From Owenia fusiformis (taxonomy: Eukaryota): DNA of 64,000 nt. The stretch is taken from NCBI GenBank assembly GCA_903813345.2, contig CAIIXF020000001.1, positions 3,472,001 to 3,536,000 of the forward strand. The letters are read 5' to 3'. Shown here one piece after another: positions 61,524 to 64,000 of this stretch. Both the position numbers and the translations under genes were made by a program. The stretch's first letter is position 1; each line of letters begins with the position of its first letter. A model generated the notes under the pieces. The model worked only from the letters and a program-made list of their open reading frames with translations, made no database searches and had not been told where the DNA came from.

Positions 61524-63542
61524 TTATATCAGCAACTTAGAAAACATGATTAAGAGTGTAGAAAAAGTTTGCATCGTAGGCATAGTTGCTGTTGATTTGT
61601 TATTGTTGTTCTTGTTTTGTACTTGTGGTGAACGGTATTCTAGATCAATACTACGAACATCCACCCAGAATATTTTTGTTTCTTGGACAAATGTTGCCCT
61701 GAAATAAAGTCAAATTTCAAACATTAAACCATAGTTCCATAAATAGAAATATGTATGTACACGATAAAGAGCCAACAGAAAAATATTAAAATGCGTTACA
61801 AAACAAAGCAAGATGTTGAAACAATCAAGAATCAATCAAATCAATCAACCAGTCAAAAAGAGAACAAACCCCAAATATCCCAAACTATGATCTTAGAGTA
61901 TTATCAAACATGTAATGGGGAACTTCATGATGTTTACATTTTTATGAGTCAACAACTGTTGTCAGATTGATGATCTCAAAAACTACTTTTTTGATAAATA
62001 TAAAAATAAAAACATGTATTAGCATTTGAGATAATGTGTGGGAATATATTATGATTGGTCAGAAAGTGCTGATGCATAATTAGCTATGCACGAATTTGTA
62101 TATTGACCATACCTGAAAAATATGTGATCTTTTAAGCCCTCTGGTGGGTTCCATTGAACTTGTTTTTGAAACTTGTGAACTTTATTTGATTGTGTAACGG
62201 CACTCTGCAAGAGATCAGCGTCATGTATTATTACATTTGCACATTAGTATATAGTCATGGTTAATTTTAATTCATATAGTTTATCAAGCCCTACAATGAT
62301 GAAGTTGTAGTCAATTTTTAAAGATTTGCTCTGGAAAAATTCACACCTATAGAGTGGGCCATAAAATTGGAACATATTTTGGCTATGAGAGCCATGTTTT
62401 ACTTTTGGAGAAAACCTCAAATGCTTTAATCAATGAAATTTGAATCAAGATTATTTGAAGGGTAAACATGGTGATATGAAAAAATGTCTCTAATACACAT
62501 ATACTCAATGCACTAATAATTGCTGATGACAACTCAGAGAAATATACAAATTGTTAATTTATCTTTTTCATTTTCACAAATAATCAGGAGATCTTAATCT
62601 GAATATTTGTAGATTTAGCTCCCTTGATATAATACATTTTTATTTATTAATTGACACCACGTCCTAGTAACATATTACATAAATACATACATGGTATTGT
62701 CATGCTATGAAAATAATTGATATAATGAAGGAAGGTATAATCAATGGAAAAATTGTTCAATATTTGTTGGCCCACCCTGTTTGTGTAAAAGTCTTAACTA
62801 TATTTTATATGAAGATTAGCTATTCTACTTTGCCTACAATTAAATGCCATTAAGCTTACCTCTCGTTTTATACACCTCATTGTTTTCAGCTCATTGTCTG
62901 TCACTGTAAAGTTCCCTAGAGCTTGGTTTTGGTTCAAAGATGGACTTGCCCTCCTGGCTTGAAGGAAAACCCCTTCAAACCATATTTCTGATGTGTTTCG
63001 CATTGTCACTGAAATAAAGATTATAAGGTGAACTTCTGTGTTGCATTTATTTGTCCTCTCCTTCCAGATAAGAGCAGCTCATTTATATTTGAGAAAAATG
63101 TTAGGATCCAAATTCAAAAAGTATATCATCGTGAGTCTAAATTGTTATCGATCTCACAAAAATTGAGAGCTGGATAAATAATCCACAGATGCTCCAAACG
63201 GTCCAGATTGCACATCTTTCTCTGCCTACCTTAATCATTTAAAGATATTGACCAAGTTTACATTATAAACAAGGTATTTGTTATTAATTCTTTAGTTTAC
63301 TTAACCAAAATTAGTTCCTTGTATTTTTTCACTTGTAAATGTATACCTTTTACTGGTTTTCCTGGTGTATAGTACCCTCCTTCATTGATCTCCAACAGAA
63401 ATGGAGCTGCTCCTTTCTGAGCAATCGCAGCATGTCCTGATGGAAACATGTCTACACAAGATCCCTCTGGTGGTCCACCAGGATATGACATCACAATTGG
63501 TAATGCTACCATTAGCATAACTGAGAACGAGGCCAGTGTCAT
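61524..63542 (-). CDS. Reeler-domain secreted protein (defense-protein/FRRS1-N-like), 203 aa
   Basis: Exons 63347-63542, 62860-63008, 62113-62204, 61524-61698 (612 nt, in frame). Signal peptide, YPGGPP..SC.DMFP.GH, FEGVFLQARR, SAVTQ, WNPP, FRATFVQ...FW, hydrophobic C-terminal tail. Confidence 0.9.
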
Positions 63543-64000
63543 CGTGACTTAGCTTTCTCTGTCTGAATATATGAATAATCACATTTTTATGTCATAGTTA
63601 GTGTTAGGGTCAGCCAGCACATGATACATTTAGAGATTTTTGTCAAGGAAGGACATGGTCAATCAGAAGGGTGTGGAGTTCTTAGATTAACAGCCAAATG
63701 TATCCTCCATAATGTCAACACTATCATGATTTACCATGTAGGTCATAACAAGGGGAAAAATTGAACAGGGGAAATGTTCAAACAGGAGCAAAGTTTAAAC
63801 GGGGGGGGAATGTTCAAACAGGGCAACGGGATAGTGTAAACAGAGGGAAAACAAGGGGATTAGTTCAAGAAATTGTGAAGATCAACATTATAAGTCAGAC
63901 TCAAAGCTAAAATGACCTAGTGCCTATTTGTAATCTTAAAAAATAACCTTTTTCCATTCACTTTCACCATCAGCTGTCTGTTTCAAACATGTTTTGTTAA

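Noticed and set aside
63750-63870. Short CAGGGGAAATGTTCAAA-like repeats
   Set aside because: Few degenerate units near the window edge; no supportable interpretation.

Overview
AT-rich animal (probably marine invertebrate, inferred) genomic DNA with GT-AG spliceosomal introns and no prokaryotic features. Gene models were rebuilt by hand from splice sites. Left to right: 3' end of a + strand ORF inside a FAF2 intron; FAF2/UBXD8 (- strand, 8 exons in window, runs off the left edge); STIL (+, 14 coding exons); an intronless LicD/fukutin-family gene (+); a PLAT-less pancreatic-lipase-family gene (-); two head-to-head paralogous BTB/AT-hook/9xC2H2 zinc-finger genes; a Reeler-domain gene (-). Introns and intergenic DNA are packed with nested non-autonomous transposons, many with readable target-site duplications (TSDs): hAT-like (8 bp), Kolobok-like (TTAA), Tc1/mariner-like (TA), one Transib-like (CAC ends, 5 bp), Helentron-associated HINEs, and LINE fragments. 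The most unusual item is a ~465-bp miniature LTR retrotransposon (52392-52856) with a tRNA-Leu primer-binding site, a polypurine tract and a tRNA-derived Pol III cassette inside each LTR. All alignments and family calls were made by eye; no searches were run.
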